IMG/VR virus record: IMGVR_UViG_651703099_000001
Span: 1-64,000 of that record
Origin: a virus
Lineage: Duplodnaviria > Caudoviricetes
Strand: one strand, 5' to 3'
Length of the DNA stretch: 64,000 nucleotides
Shown here: positions 1 to 8,685 of the stretch, piece after piece
How positions within the stretch are numbered: the first letter of the stretch is position 1
Layout: each line of letters starts with the position of its first letter
The notes under the pieces: generated by a model
What the model was told of the DNA's origin: nothing
The model's database searches: none
The model's input: the letters and a program-made list of their open reading frames with translations, nothing else
Made by a program: the position numbers and the translations under genes

Positions 1-67
1 TCAGATGGGATTCAAGGCCATACCCTGAGAAGATAGAAGGCACACTTCCTGAGCCACGATTTAAGAA

Positions 68-219
68 ATGGGTCAAGATATGAGAAGACAGACCCTCACG
101 AGTTCATTCCTTGGATAGATAAGATGGGGCTGAGATGGGATAAGAGGTCAGAAGATGTTCGCCTTAAGTCCGCACCATTAGAACCTAATTACTTGACATG
201 GGTCAAGATATGAGAAGAC
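68..219 (+). repeat. 22-bp direct repeat ATGGGTCAAGATATGAGAAGAC, two copies 130 bp apart
   Basis: Exact copies at 68-89 and 198-219. Confidence 0.9.
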
Positions 220-296
220 CGACAATCACAGAGATTCTGATAGTCATAGCGTGGATAATTTTCTTCATCGCTATCGTCAATGTGGGAGCGCAATGA
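210..296 (+). CDS. Small single-TM peptide (MRRPTITEILIVIAWIIFFIAIVNVGAQ)
   Basis: Hand-translated; ATG overlaps the previous TGA; hydrophobic core. Confidence 0.55.
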   Translation: MRRPTITEILIVIAWIIFFIAIVNVGAQ

Positions 297-388
297 GGCG
301 TAAAACAACCTTCGAGATAGTCATCAATGTTATAGTGTGGGCTTTAGTGTTGGCAATAGCCATAGCATTGTTCAAACTAAATGCTTAA
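293..388 (+). CDS. Small single-TM peptide (MRRKTTFEIVINVIVWALVLAIAIALFKLNA)
   Basis: Hand-translated; ATGA overlap; resembles the preceding peptide. Confidence 0.55.
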   Translation: MRRKTTFEIVINVIVWALVLAIAIALFKLNA

Positions 389-424
389 TTGCTTATATTT
401 GAAACCGTTACATTAAAGTAGCGG

Positions 425-793
425 ATGAAAGATAGAACAGCCCTTATCATTTCCTTGGCTTTCATAGCCATAATCCTTATAGTTCTGTCATTCGCCTCAG
501 TCATCAAGGAGGGTGAACAGACAAAGGAAACGCTACAAAAGGTAATCGTAGCGAATGATTCCATCCAGACACTTTTAGACAACGCTCTCTCCGAGCTTTC
601 AGTCATTCAATCGCAACTTGATAGGGCTGTGGAACGCTCTTCCAATTCAAGCTCTGTAATACGCTCTAACATCAATTCACAAAGGCAGTCCTATGAAGTG
701 CAAATTCAGTCTATACGCTACCACGAGCCTAGTATTGATAACCTTGTCATCAGTCTCAATGGCTCAATCTACACCTACTATCCTTTCGATTGA
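425..793 (+). CDS. Membrane-anchored coiled-coil protein (i-spanin-like)
   Basis: N-terminal TM then heptad-rich helix; overlaps next ORF by about 100 nt. Confidence 0.55.
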   Translation: MKDRTALIISLAFIAIILIVLSFASVIKEGEQTKETLQKVIVANDSIQTLLDNALSELSVIQSQLDRAVERSSNSSSVIRSNINSQRQSYEVQIQSIRYHEPSIDNLVISLNGSIYTYYPFD

Positions 794-1193
794 GGACTTA
801 CTAGCTCAGAAGGGCGTGAAGCCCGTAGAAGTGGCCTATGACGGAAATCATCCGTACATACGGATGGAAGTAGCTACTGCAATCAGGGTCAATAAGATTT
901 TCGACTATACCAAAGTGGTCGTGAAGGACAGAGAAGAATGCTACGCCAATCTCACAAAGTCAATGGTCTCTGAAGATCAGTTAAGGCGTGAAATATCTGA
1001 GCTATCAATTCAGCTATCCAGCGTATCTGATAAAGTCGAAAAGGCAAAGGACATATCAGAGATGACCTCTGAGGAGATAAAGAAGGAGAACAAGAGGCTA
1101 TTCTGGTCCACTGTTGGAAAGGCAGGGAAAAAGACATTGGAGATAGCCGGATACATCGGTCTAGGATACTTTATAGGAAGCATAGGATTATGA
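693..1193 (+). CDS. Exported coiled-coil protein with hydrophobic C-terminus (possible spanin partner)
   Basis: Signal peptide ending ...SMA-Q, coiled coil, Gly-rich hydrophobic C-terminus. Confidence 0.5.
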   Translation: MKCKFSLYATTSLVLITLSSVSMAQSTPTILSIEDLLAQKGVKPVEVAYDGNHPYIRMEVATAIRVNKIFDYTKVVVKDREECYANLTKSMVSEDQLRREISELSIQLSSVSDKVEKAKDISEMTSEEIKKENKRLFWSTVGKAGKKTLEIAGYIGLGYFIGSIGL

Positions 1194-2323
1194 GCAAACA
1201 GAAAGAAGTAAATGAGTTGGTATTCGCATACCTTGATAAAACAGACGGGGCTAATCTGTCTAGTAATTTCCTGACAGAACTCACTGAATCATTCGATTCA
1301 AGTCGCAGTTCCATGAAGAACATGGCTTCACGCGCTAGGAGGCTATGGGATGTATCAAAAGATCATCCAGGTCTTGTGGCTGAATGTCAGGCTACTGGCA
1401 TACCCGTCGATGGTGTCTCTCAGTATTGGCATAAGTCAAAGCACTACTCTGTCTTTGTAAAGAATCAGCCGAAGTCTTATGAGGAAATAAGAGATGAGAT
1501 CATTCAGGATATGCAGAACTACGCGCCTGAGTACCCAAAGATAGAACGTGAAAGAATCATCGACCCTCATCTATTGGTCATAGACCCTGCTGACATCCAT
1601 ATAGGTAAGCTTTGCGAGGCTATTGAGACGGGGGAGGACTACGACAAACAGATAGCGGTACAACGTGTCAGGAGCGGTGTAAATGGGATACTATCAAAGG
1701 CTTTACCCTTCGGAGTGGATAAGATACTTCTGGTCATTGGTAACGATGTCCTACACGTGGACACGCCTAGAAGGACCACAACGAGTGGAACGCCTCAAGA
1801 TACTACGGGAATGTGGTATTCCAACTTCACAACGGCAAAGAATCTATATGTCGAGATCATAGAGATGTTGACAGCATTTGCAGATGTTCACGTGACATTC
1901 AACCCATCGAATCACGACTACATGAGTGGGTTCTTTTTAGCTGACTCTGTTGCCTCTTGGTTCAACAGAAGCCATAACGTAACGTTTGACGTTAGCCCTA
2001 GTCATAGGAAGTATTTCAGGTATTACGATAATATAATAGGAACGACTCATGGAGATGGGGCAAAGACTCAGGAGCTTCCTTTGTTGATGGCTCAGGAGGC
2101 CGGTGAGGATTGGTTAGCTAAACACAGATATGTGTACACCCACCATGTCCACCATAAGAACAGCAAGGACTTTGGAAGTGTTTGTGTTGAGTCTCTTAGA
2201 AGTCCATCAGGTACGGACTCATGGCATCATCGGAACGGATACCAGCACTCGCCTAAAGCTGTTGAAGGCTTCCTCCACCACAGGCAACATGGACAGGTAG
2301 CGAGGCTGACTCATATCTTTTAG
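1190..2323 (+). CDS. Phage calcineurin-like metallophosphoesterase
   Basis: Motifs DIH, GND, SNHD, HGD, HHVHH. Confidence 0.85.
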   Translation: MSKQKEVNELVFAYLDKTDGANLSSNFLTELTESFDSSRSSMKNMASRARRLWDVSKDHPGLVAECQATGIPVDGVSQYWHKSKHYSVFVKNQPKSYEEIRDEIIQDMQNYAPEYPKIERERIIDPHLLVIDPADIHIGKLCEAIETGEDYDKQIAVQRVRSGVNGILSKALPFGVDKILLVIGNDVLHVDTPRRTTTSGTPQDTTGMWYSNFTTAKNLYVEIIEMLTAFADVHVTFNPSNHDYMSGFFLADSVASWFNRSHNVTFDVSPSHRKYFRYYDNIIGTTHGDGAKTQELPLLMAQEAGEDWLAKHRYVYTHHVHHKNSKDFGSVCVESLRSPSGTDSWHHRNGYQHSPKAVEGFLHHRQHGQVARLTHIF

Positions 2324-2493
2324 CCTTCTATCGGTATCCCATTCACACAGATAATGAACTCACAGTCGGTGAAGCTCTCAAGCCATGCGCCTTTGTTCTT
2401 ATCCTTCAGCCATCTATTCAACTCCTTCTTGGATGGGTATGGAATGGAGTAGTCATCTAGCCCTCTTCTTCCCTGCGTCTTTATTTGATACAT
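2320..2493 (-). CDS. Hypothetical protein, 57 aa (MYQIKTQGRR...)
   Basis: Hand-translated; A-rich leader before ATG; fills the gap. Confidence 0.5.
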   Translation of the reverse strand: MYQIKTQGRRGLDDYSIPYPSKKELNRWLKDKNKGAWLESFTDCEFIICVNGIPIEG

Positions 2494-2506
2494 AGTTTGA
2501 TTTTAT

Positions 2507-2567
2507 GATATGTCACCCTTCGGGCCGCCACATGGCTGACACATATCAGTTCGTTACCTGCAATACT
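2507..2567 (-). mobile_element. attC-like recombination site (truncated) downstream of the methyltransferase
   Basis: Minus strand AGTATTGCAGGTAAC at the stop, followed by a bulged hairpin TGATATGTGTCA...TGACATATCA. Confidence 0.5.
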
Positions 2568-3426
2568 ACGTTAGTGGTATATTTTTAAAGATATGTGCTA
2601 TTACATCTACTGTCCATCCGTTACCTAATAGTTCGTGTCTTTGGTTTAGTGTTAAATCTACATTAGTATAGTTCTTTGGTACGTTTTGAAATTCCTCTAA
2701 TTCGTTTGCGTTAAACTTTCTAACCCTTCCATTTTGCCAAAGCCTTAAAGAATTGTGATGTGGCAATGTTAGTGTTGGAACTTTTCTATCTGTCTTGTAT
2801 TTTTTATTATACACATCAATAGCTGATATTTTAGGGCAATCTTTGAAGTTAATTTTATTTAACAACTGCCAAGTATTTTTAGCCTTCAACCATAAATTAA
2901 AATCTATGCTTTCTTCACTACATACAATATCCTCAATGAATATTCCTTTATCTTTCGGCTGCTCTATATTTGGTATGTTAGTCCAGTAAAGTCTTTTTCT
3001 ATGTGCCGCAGATACTAAACTACTGTTTATTAAAATAGGCTCAACACCTAAAGCATCTGTGATAACTTTCTCCCATTCTTTTTTCATTTTTACATTTTCA
3101 AGCATAAAATACTTTGGTTTAGTTTCTTTTAGCAACCTTACAAACTCCCAAAACAATCCGCTTTGACCATCAAAACCTTTGTTATTTCCTGCATTACTAA
3201 AACTTTGGCAAGGGCTACCTCCAAAAAGCAAATCTATTTTCGGTAAATATTCTCCTTTTACATCTGTAATGCTGCCAATCTGTTTAGTATTTGGGTAGTT
3301 CTTTTGGGTTACCTGTATAGCATACTTGTCTATCTCACTTGCAAAGTAATTGTCATACTTAATTCCTAATTTGTTTAGAGCTATTTGTCCGCAACTCATT
3401 CCATCAAATAATGACAATACATTCAT
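2566..3426 (-). CDS. DNA (cytosine-5)-methyltransferase
   Basis: LSLFDG (motif I), GGSPCQSFS (catalytic PC), ENV, RKRLYW, LGNGW; much more AT-rich than its flanks. Confidence 0.95.
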   Translation of the reverse strand: MNVLSLFDGMSCGQIALNKLGIKYDNYFASEIDKYAIQVTQKNYPNTKQIGSITDVKGEYLPKIDLLFGGSPCQSFSNAGNNKGFDGQSGLFWEFVRLLKETKPKYFMLENVKMKKEWEKVITDALGVEPILINSSLVSAAHRKRLYWTNIPNIEQPKDKGIFIEDIVCSEESIDFNLWLKAKNTWQLLNKINFKDCPKISAIDVYNKKYKTDRKVPTLTLPHHNSLRLWQNGRVRKFNANELEEFQNVPKNYTNVDLTLNQRHELLGNGWTVDVIAHIFKNIPLT

Positions 3427-3450
3427 AATTTTTGTTTTATTCTTTAAATC

Positions 3451-3519
3451 AGTACAGCAGGTAACAACGTGTATATTGCATAGCCATCGGCATACGCACC
3501 ATACACAATACGTTATAAG
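3451..3519 (-). mobile_element. attC-like recombination site upstream of the methyltransferase
   Basis: Minus strand TTATAAC ... imperfect palindrome (GTGTAT/ATACAC arms) ... GTTACCT; contains the stop codon of the upstream gene. Confidence 0.6.
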
Positions 3520-4442
3520 TAAGAACCCAAAGCCGGAACACCTTTACTCCATCCGTTCCAAGACACCTCAGACCTCCACCCCATAGGGTCTTCAAGTTGC
3601 AATATCAAGAATCTGTTAGGAACGAAAGGTAGGCGGTCTATCACACTCATAACCCTTCTCCAATCCTGTTGCTGATGGAACTCACCAAGCTCCGTGACGA
3701 TTCCATTGAATAAGAACGCCAGCCCATTATCATTCTCCATCAACTGAAAGCCAAGAACGTCCGTTCCCTTCACAATCTTACGCATCTCTCTGAACACCCT
3801 TTGTGAACGTTCAAGGAATAGAACGGGGTCTCCATCATACAGCGCACCTGTCTCAATGAACCATCTCTTACGACCATCGAACTCAGGCATCAGATCGAAG
3901 CTGATAGGAATGGGTCTGCATCGGTCGTAGACGTGCATATCGACACCTATATGCAACGGAAGATCGTGTATCTCATCGCACCATCCTTGACGGAACTTAG
4001 TGAACCGTTCATCCTGTTGGTTGGATGGGAAAGGAGCGTTGAAGATGGTCTCATACCCCGCGCCATGAAAGGCTAGGTAATATGGCATGGCCCTGTCTAT
4101 ATAGATGGAAGCCTCAAGTCTACCTCTTGCGTATGCCTTAGAAGGCGGGACTCCTGGAATCTTCACAGAGTTATAATCCTCGTTGCCGATACGTACAGCC
4201 ACTACGTCTATACCGTGCGAAAGATACCTTTCAAGTTCGTCCAATTCCTCAGATATGGAACGAGCCAAGCAAGTCGAGTAGACCATCTTGTATCCAGCCT
4301 GCCCAAGTATCGCCAAGTGTTCATCTTTGGCGAAGTTCAAAGGGTCTTCTGTCCAAGTTCCTCCGTTACAGATGAATCGGCAGTTTATAAGGCTCCATGT
4401 TTCAGTGCTTATGTTGTGTCTTAGTGGTGCGTTTATTATCAT
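3513..4442 (-). CDS. Putative clan GH-A glycoside hydrolase
   Basis: VRIGNE (acid/base-like), DMHVY, FIETG (nucleophile-like) with TIM-barrel spacing. Confidence 0.55.
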   Translation of the reverse strand: MIINAPLRHNISTETWSLINCRFICNGGTWTEDPLNFAKDEHLAILGQAGYKMVYSTCLARSISEELDELERYLSHGIDVVAVRIGNEDYNSVKIPGVPPSKAYARGRLEASIYIDRAMPYYLAFHGAGYETIFNAPFPSNQQDERFTKFRQGWCDEIHDLPLHIGVDMHVYDRCRPIPISFDLMPEFDGRKRWFIETGALYDGDPVLFLERSQRVFREMRKIVKGTDVLGFQLMENDNGLAFLFNGIVTELGEFHQQQDWRRVMSVIDRLPFVPNRFLILQLEDPMGWRSEVSWNGWSKGVPALGSYL

Positions 4443-4567
4443 GATCGTGTTGTTATTGGTTTTTCCTGAACATCCATGCAGATGTCAATACTGCTTTTAC
4501 TTTTTCATTGTTAACACTTGATATAGTCCAACGCAAGCGGTCGCTCAAGCTGGACCATATCAGGACG

Positions 4568-4984
4568 TTAAGACTCAATCTCAATCTCCAAGTACTTGAT
4601 GGCCTTCCTCAAGTCCTCTGACTTATCCCCCTTCTTACCCGCCCTCAAGACGTACTTGATGACATTGCCCAAGCAGAAGTTAAGGTCATGCGCCTTGATT
4701 ATCTTGATGGCCTCGTAGGGGTTGTCCTTGCCTCCGTAGTAGTCGGGTGCTATATCGTCCTCGTTCGGGGTGTCGAACTCGCCTTTTTCAGCCATATGGT
4801 ATACCTTCTCCCAATAGTTACTTCCTTCTGGCGTGTTTTTCCAAATAAATCCAACAGTAAAAGCCTCTGTAAGTGAATGAGCTTCGCCTATATCAACCAC
4901 GCTGTCTATAGTTCTATTGGCTATCGCCTGACTTCTATAAGGCTCTGGCAACTGCTCAAACCATTCTTCTGGTGTCTTTCTCAT
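4568..4984 (-). CDS. DUF3310 (T7 gp1.7-like) domain protein
   Basis: PDYY..EAI...FCLGNVIKYVLRAGKK...EDLRKAIKYL. Confidence 0.85.
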   Translation of the reverse strand: MRKTPEEWFEQLPEPYRSQAIANRTIDSVVDIGEAHSLTEAFTVGFIWKNTPEGSNYWEKVYHMAEKGEFDTPNEDDIAPDYYGGKDNPYEAIKIIKAHDLNFCLGNVIKYVLRAGKKGDKSEDLRKAIKYLEIEIES

Positions 4985-5380
4985 CTGTGTTTTTTTTTAC
5001 TTCCTATACTTGAACTGCATCAGACAGGCGTATGTCGGATTCTCTTCCCTCCACTTCTTTTGATAGTCAGGATTCCTTTTCCGCCATTCCCTACAATAAA
5101 GCATCCGCCTTATCCTAGCCTTCTCTTTGCTGTCAAGCGGGGTTATTACTTCACTCATTGTTTGCTATTTCGCGTACCAACGCACCTAGCGTTTGATCGT
5201 TCGGTGTTGCTCTTACCAATTCTCTAGGCAATAGGATGAAGTCATCATCTTCCATTACTACTTGTTTCTACAATGATACAAATAGTATCGTTATAACCTA
5301 GAAACGATCCAAGAAATTTTTGATTTGTTATTCAAAGACGTATCCTAATGCCAAGCCAAGACAGATACCTATGAATAGAA

Positions 5381-5743
5381 TCATTCCTTATGTGATTTGA
5401 TTAGATCCCTGAAGATGGCTGCCTGTTCGTAATCCTCATCAGCCAATGCAGCATCCATCTGTTCACGAAGTTCCTCCAGGTCGTAGACCATGATGAAGTC
5501 AGCAGGAATGCTGTATGTGATATGGGCATCTCCACATCTGCAAACGTGTACATTCATGGAGTGTTCACCCTCCCATAGTTTCTTGAATGCATAATAAAGC
5601 TCGATGCTCAGAGTGTAGAAATGAAGGTCGTTGTCCCTTGTGTAGCCCAGAAGGACCATAGAATGAGTCAGGTCGTGGATGAATGTCCGCTTCTTTATCA
5701 GGCAGTCGTAGACGTATAGAGGTATTGAAGCGTTAGCCTTCAT
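5381..5743 (-). CDS. Protein with C-terminal UVR (UvrB/C) motif
   Basis: LREQMDAALADEDYEQAAIFRDLI. Confidence 0.8.
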   Translation of the reverse strand: MKANASIPLYVYDCLIKKRTFIHDLTHSMVLLGYTRDNDLHFYTLSIELYYAFKKLWEGEHSMNVHVCRCGDAHITYSIPADFIMVYDLEELREQMDAALADEDYEQAAIFRDLIKSHKE

Positions 5744-5890
5744 AAAAGGTGTACTCTATTGACTGATAGTTTATGTCCAAATGAGTGAACATCCCTATCG
5801 GTAGTGTAATTGTGCAGCACTCGAACCATCCATCCATATAACGAATTTACGCAAATCAAAAGACGGGTCAACATTATTTATGCAATGAAG

Positions 5891-5921
5891 TTTGGACAGT
5901 TACAAAATATAACTATCTTTG
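5891..5921 (+). promoter_or_regulatory. Bacteroidota primary-sigma promoter (-33 TTTG / -7 TAnnTTTG)
   Basis: TTTG at 5891 and TATCTTTG at 5914, 19-nt spacer, upstream of ORF 5944. Confidence 0.7.
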
Positions 5922-5943
5922 ACGAAATCTAAAACAAATCAGC

Positions 5944-6876
5944 GTGTTGAAAATAGGTAAACCGATACCTTCCGAGATTCAAGAACTCCTTCAGAAGTAC
6001 CTTACAAAAGCAGACCTTAAAGGCATCGAGGGTGTCAATGCTAACTATGCTAACATGATTCGCTATGACACTTCCAAGGTGGTGACAGAGAACAATAATG
6101 CGTTTGCGGCATGGGCTACGGCGGTAAATTTGAATGCTGGGATGGCCAGCAGGCAGATTGTTGAGGTATATGATCCAACTCAGGCTACGACTCCCGGTAC
6201 TGACTTTGGGTTTGTCTTCAACATGAAGAAGGCTGACAATAGTGACTTGTTCTTTATGCACTATGTCAGTGGCACAAGTATCTATTTCGGCTTGGGAGAT
6301 GTGCATACTACTGGAGCTACCAATGGTGGATTTGGCACTTTGACGGCGCCTACCTCTGCTGACTGGGCTAGTCCGTCATCTTTCGCGTATATTACTGCGG
6401 ACAACGCTGCTGCTACCGATGTTTGGATTGGTACCAGCACGGTTGACGGTGAGGAGTTCTTTGCTTTGGCCATGACTGATGGAATCAATAGTGGCGATGG
6501 CAACTACTTCATCCTTGGTAAAGATCAAGACAACCAATGGTGTCATCACCAGTACCAGACCACATCCTCATGGAGAGGCAATGGAGTGTATACCGACGGT
6601 ACATTGGCGGAGATTGGTTCCAGCAGCTCTACCAACACTCATCCTTTTACCAGTACTACCTTCCTGACTATTCCGTTCGTTGTCGAACTCAATAATTACA
6701 CCTTCCAGACAGGTCCAGCATACAAGAAGTTCTTTGGGTATGCGAGTCCTGATATTGGCTACTGCCAAAGCATCAGCTACGCTCCTGGTAACTACGTGGA
6801 CATGGGCGACGGAAGCATTTTCGTTGCTCTGATGGCTGACTACGGCCCCTGGATTCGTTACACCCCGACTGTTTGA
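5944..6876 (+). CDS. Apparent chimeric ORF: ~52 aa of a segment A protein joined in frame to a segment B virion-type protein
   Basis: Charged helical N-terminus changes abruptly near ...VVTENN/NAFAAW to G/T/S/aromatic beta-rich sequence; codon usage changes there too. Confidence 0.55.
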   Translation: MLKIGKPIPSEIQELLQKYLTKADLKGIEGVNANYANMIRYDTSKVVTENNNAFAAWATAVNLNAGMASRQIVEVYDPTQATTPGTDFGFVFNMKKADNSDLFFMHYVSGTSIYFGLGDVHTTGATNGGFGTLTAPTSADWASPSSFAYITADNAAATDVWIGTSTVDGEEFFALAMTDGINSGDGNYFILGKDQDNQWCHHQYQTTSSWRGNGVYTDGTLAEIGSSSSTNTHPFTSTTFLTIPFVVELNNYTFQTGPAYKKFFGYASPDIGYCQSISYAPGNYVDMGDGSIFVALMADYGPWIRYTPTV

Positions 6877-7151
6877 TCATGGCAATGACACTTAACCCTG
6901 CCACCAGCGAGTCGTATATTACGACTTGTGATTTCAAAGTGGCTCCATCTGTTGGCAGCCTTCCCAGTACAACGATTGTTTTTAGTGACTCTGAGCCTTA
7001 CGCACCAAGCGCTGTGCTTTACAGTAAGTGGACTGAGATCCTGACTGGTTCGGGGTTCCAGCAGCCTATTAGTGGCACACCTGTGTTTGAAGGTGGCGGT
7101 GGTGGCTCTCCACGTCCCTCTAGCGGTTTTCTCTATCCTCGGGCTTTCTAG
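6873..7151 (+). CDS. Small putative virion protein
   Basis: Beta-rich, ends GGGSPRPSSGFLYPR; coupled to previous stop. Confidence 0.6.
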   Translation: MIMAMTLNPATSESYITTCDFKVAPSVGSLPSTTIVFSDSEPYAPSAVLYSKWTEILTGSGFQQPISGTPVFEGGGGGSPRPSSGFLYPRAF

Positions 7152-7351
7152 GCCAAGCTTTTCAGCCAGTCCCTTTCTGTTGGCGTCAATAGGTAGATGA
7201 GGCGTAGCATCATGGTTTTGAGCTGTTGTTCGTCCATGGTGGTATAGAGCTTGCCCATTAGCTGCAGGCATGCTTCTCTGCTTTGGCAGCGCACCGCCAA
7301 CATCAGTGCCAGGGAGTACTTCAGCACGGTTTTGCTGTCGGCTAGCTTCAC
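7148..7351 (-). CDS. Hypothetical protein
   Basis: ORF; minus-strand GGTACGCTAT motif 31 nt upstream. Confidence 0.6.
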   Translation of the reverse strand: MKLADSKTVLKYSLALMLAVRCQSREACLQLMGKLYTTMDEQQLKTMMLRLIYLLTPTERDWLKSLA

Positions 7352-7416
7352 TTCGTACAGTATACTGGCCCAATAGCGTACCGATCGGCATCCTAGGGGG
7401 ATTCTAGGCGGTCGTC

Positions 7417-7821
7417 ATGGCTCTCGACACTTCTGGCAACTGGGTTGCAGGCGACGACCTGCGTGTTCTGGAGGCTCTGGGCCTTGGTTTCAGCGAGTAT
7501 ATGCTGAAAGGCCTGCAGACCTGCATGAATCAGCTAGAAGGCATCTCTCCTGAAGCGGTTTTAGCCGTCAGGGACGAGCTGACCCGTTATGAAACTGCTA
7601 AGGCAGCAAAAACGGCTGCGGATTTGGCCAATACTGAGTCCAAAACGCTGATCAAGGCCGACGTACTGGAGTGGGAGCCTGGTAAAAGCGGGGAATTGGT
7701 CGGTTTGGATGCTGAAATCGCCGACACGAAGCTCAAAATTGCTAATTACTTTGCGTTTTGCCCGTATACCGCTGGTGCTGGCGGTGGTGCGACTGGAATG
7801 ACGAGCCTGATCCGCTCTTGA
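7417..7821 (+). CDS. Putative head-tail adaptor
   Basis: Size, position before head-closure/tail-completion genes, LIKADVLEW. Confidence 0.5.
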   Translation: MALDTSGNWVAGDDLRVLEALGLGFSEYMLKGLQTCMNQLEGISPEAVLAVRDELTRYETAKAAKTAADLANTESKTLIKADVLEWEPGKSGELVGLDAEIADTKLKIANYFAFCPYTAGAGGGATGMTSLIRS

Positions 7822-7917
7822 TACGGTCCCGATCGGTAAGATTACGGCCATTTTACCATGGACGGCTCTGATTCGTTCCCGATCGGTATCCTGGGTGGAA
7901 TTACGACTGCCTTTTCC

Positions 7918-8103
7918 GTGAACCACCCCGAAGTTGATGGCCCCCTAGGGGAAGCGCTGGCAGAATTCTCCAAAATGGAACTCGTTGACGTGTGGTGCAC
8001 TGGCTGCGGCGCATTTCGTAAGATGAATGCAGCCTTCGCTAAGCACCTCCAGGGCGAAATTGGCTCCTGTGCTAAGTGTCGGGGTCTGAAGTTGAAGAGC
8101 TGA
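7918..8103 (+). CDS. Small Zn-ribbon protein
   Basis: CTGC...CAKC; GTG start inferred from promoter-like GGTATCCTGG at 7885. Confidence 0.55.
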   Translation: MNHPEVDGPLGEALAEFSKMELVDVWCTGCGAFRKMNAAFAKHLQGEIGSCAKCRGLKLKS

Positions 8104-8181
8104 GCGTCGAAGACGCGAAAAGCGGCCGGCGGAGCCGGAAGCTGGGGCGTGGCATCCTAAATAGACTAAAGGACTGCGCTC

Positions 8182-8685
8182 ATGGCTTCCCCATTGCTAA
8201 CGTATGCCAATTCAAGAGTCCTTGTAACTGCTGAAGGCACTGTTTCTAACGTTAATGGGCGTTTTGTAGCCGCAGCAGGGCAGAAGTATTTGGTCAAGTG
8301 CTTCATGAAGAGGGCTCAATATAGCGGGGTGTCCTCTGGGTCCAAGAAGATTCCCCTGGAAAGCCAGTTGGATGGTGCAATGCTGCCCGGTGCCTCGGGT
8401 GATTCGTTCTACTACAGGGGTTACGCCCTTGAGTATGCCCTGGTGGCCTCTAACTTTGAACTAGGCGACAGCGAATCCGCGTTAAGTTGGTTGCAGGTCG
8501 CCGGGCAGCTTGCTTTCTTGCCTGCAGGACGAGAGGTAGAGTTCGGCTTTGGAGACGAAAAGCCGCTTTACGGCAAGGTCGAAAGGTCTAGCGGCGTTTT
8601 TGGTGGGCAAGGCATCGATCAAATTCTCTACCGTGAAATTGGCGGAGTTGAGCTTCAAATTACTGGCGCGGAGCTGCAAGGGTGA
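8182..8685 (+). CDS. Putative head-closure / virion protein
   Basis: Beta-rich, 167 aa, within the head-tail block. Confidence 0.5.
   Translation: MASPLLTYANSRVLVTAEGTVSNVNGRFVAAAGQKYLVKCFMKRAQYSGVSSGSKKIPLESQLDGAMLPGASGDSFYYRGYALEYALVASNFELGDSESALSWLQVAGQLAFLPAGREVEFGFGDEKPLYGKVERSSGVFGGQGIDQILYREIGGVELQITGAELQG

Larger units (their letters stand above)
1..6100. other. Segment A: fragment of a probable Bacteroidota phage genome
   Basis: AT-richer than the rest; Bacteroidota-type promoter (TTTG 5891, TATCTTTG 5914); phage-type genes; none of the GGNANNCTA motifs seen in segment B. Confidence 0.7.

Noticed and set aside
68-219. CRISPR array
   Set aside because: Only two repeats, a 108-nt interval that encodes a paralogous protein end, and no cas genes
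1-219. Diversity-generating retroelement TR/VR pair
   Set aside because: Differences are not confined to adenines and there is no reverse transcriptase in the window
5944-6876. Genuine novel fusion protein
   Set aside because: It coincides with the compositional junction, so a chimera is more parsimonious until reads are checked
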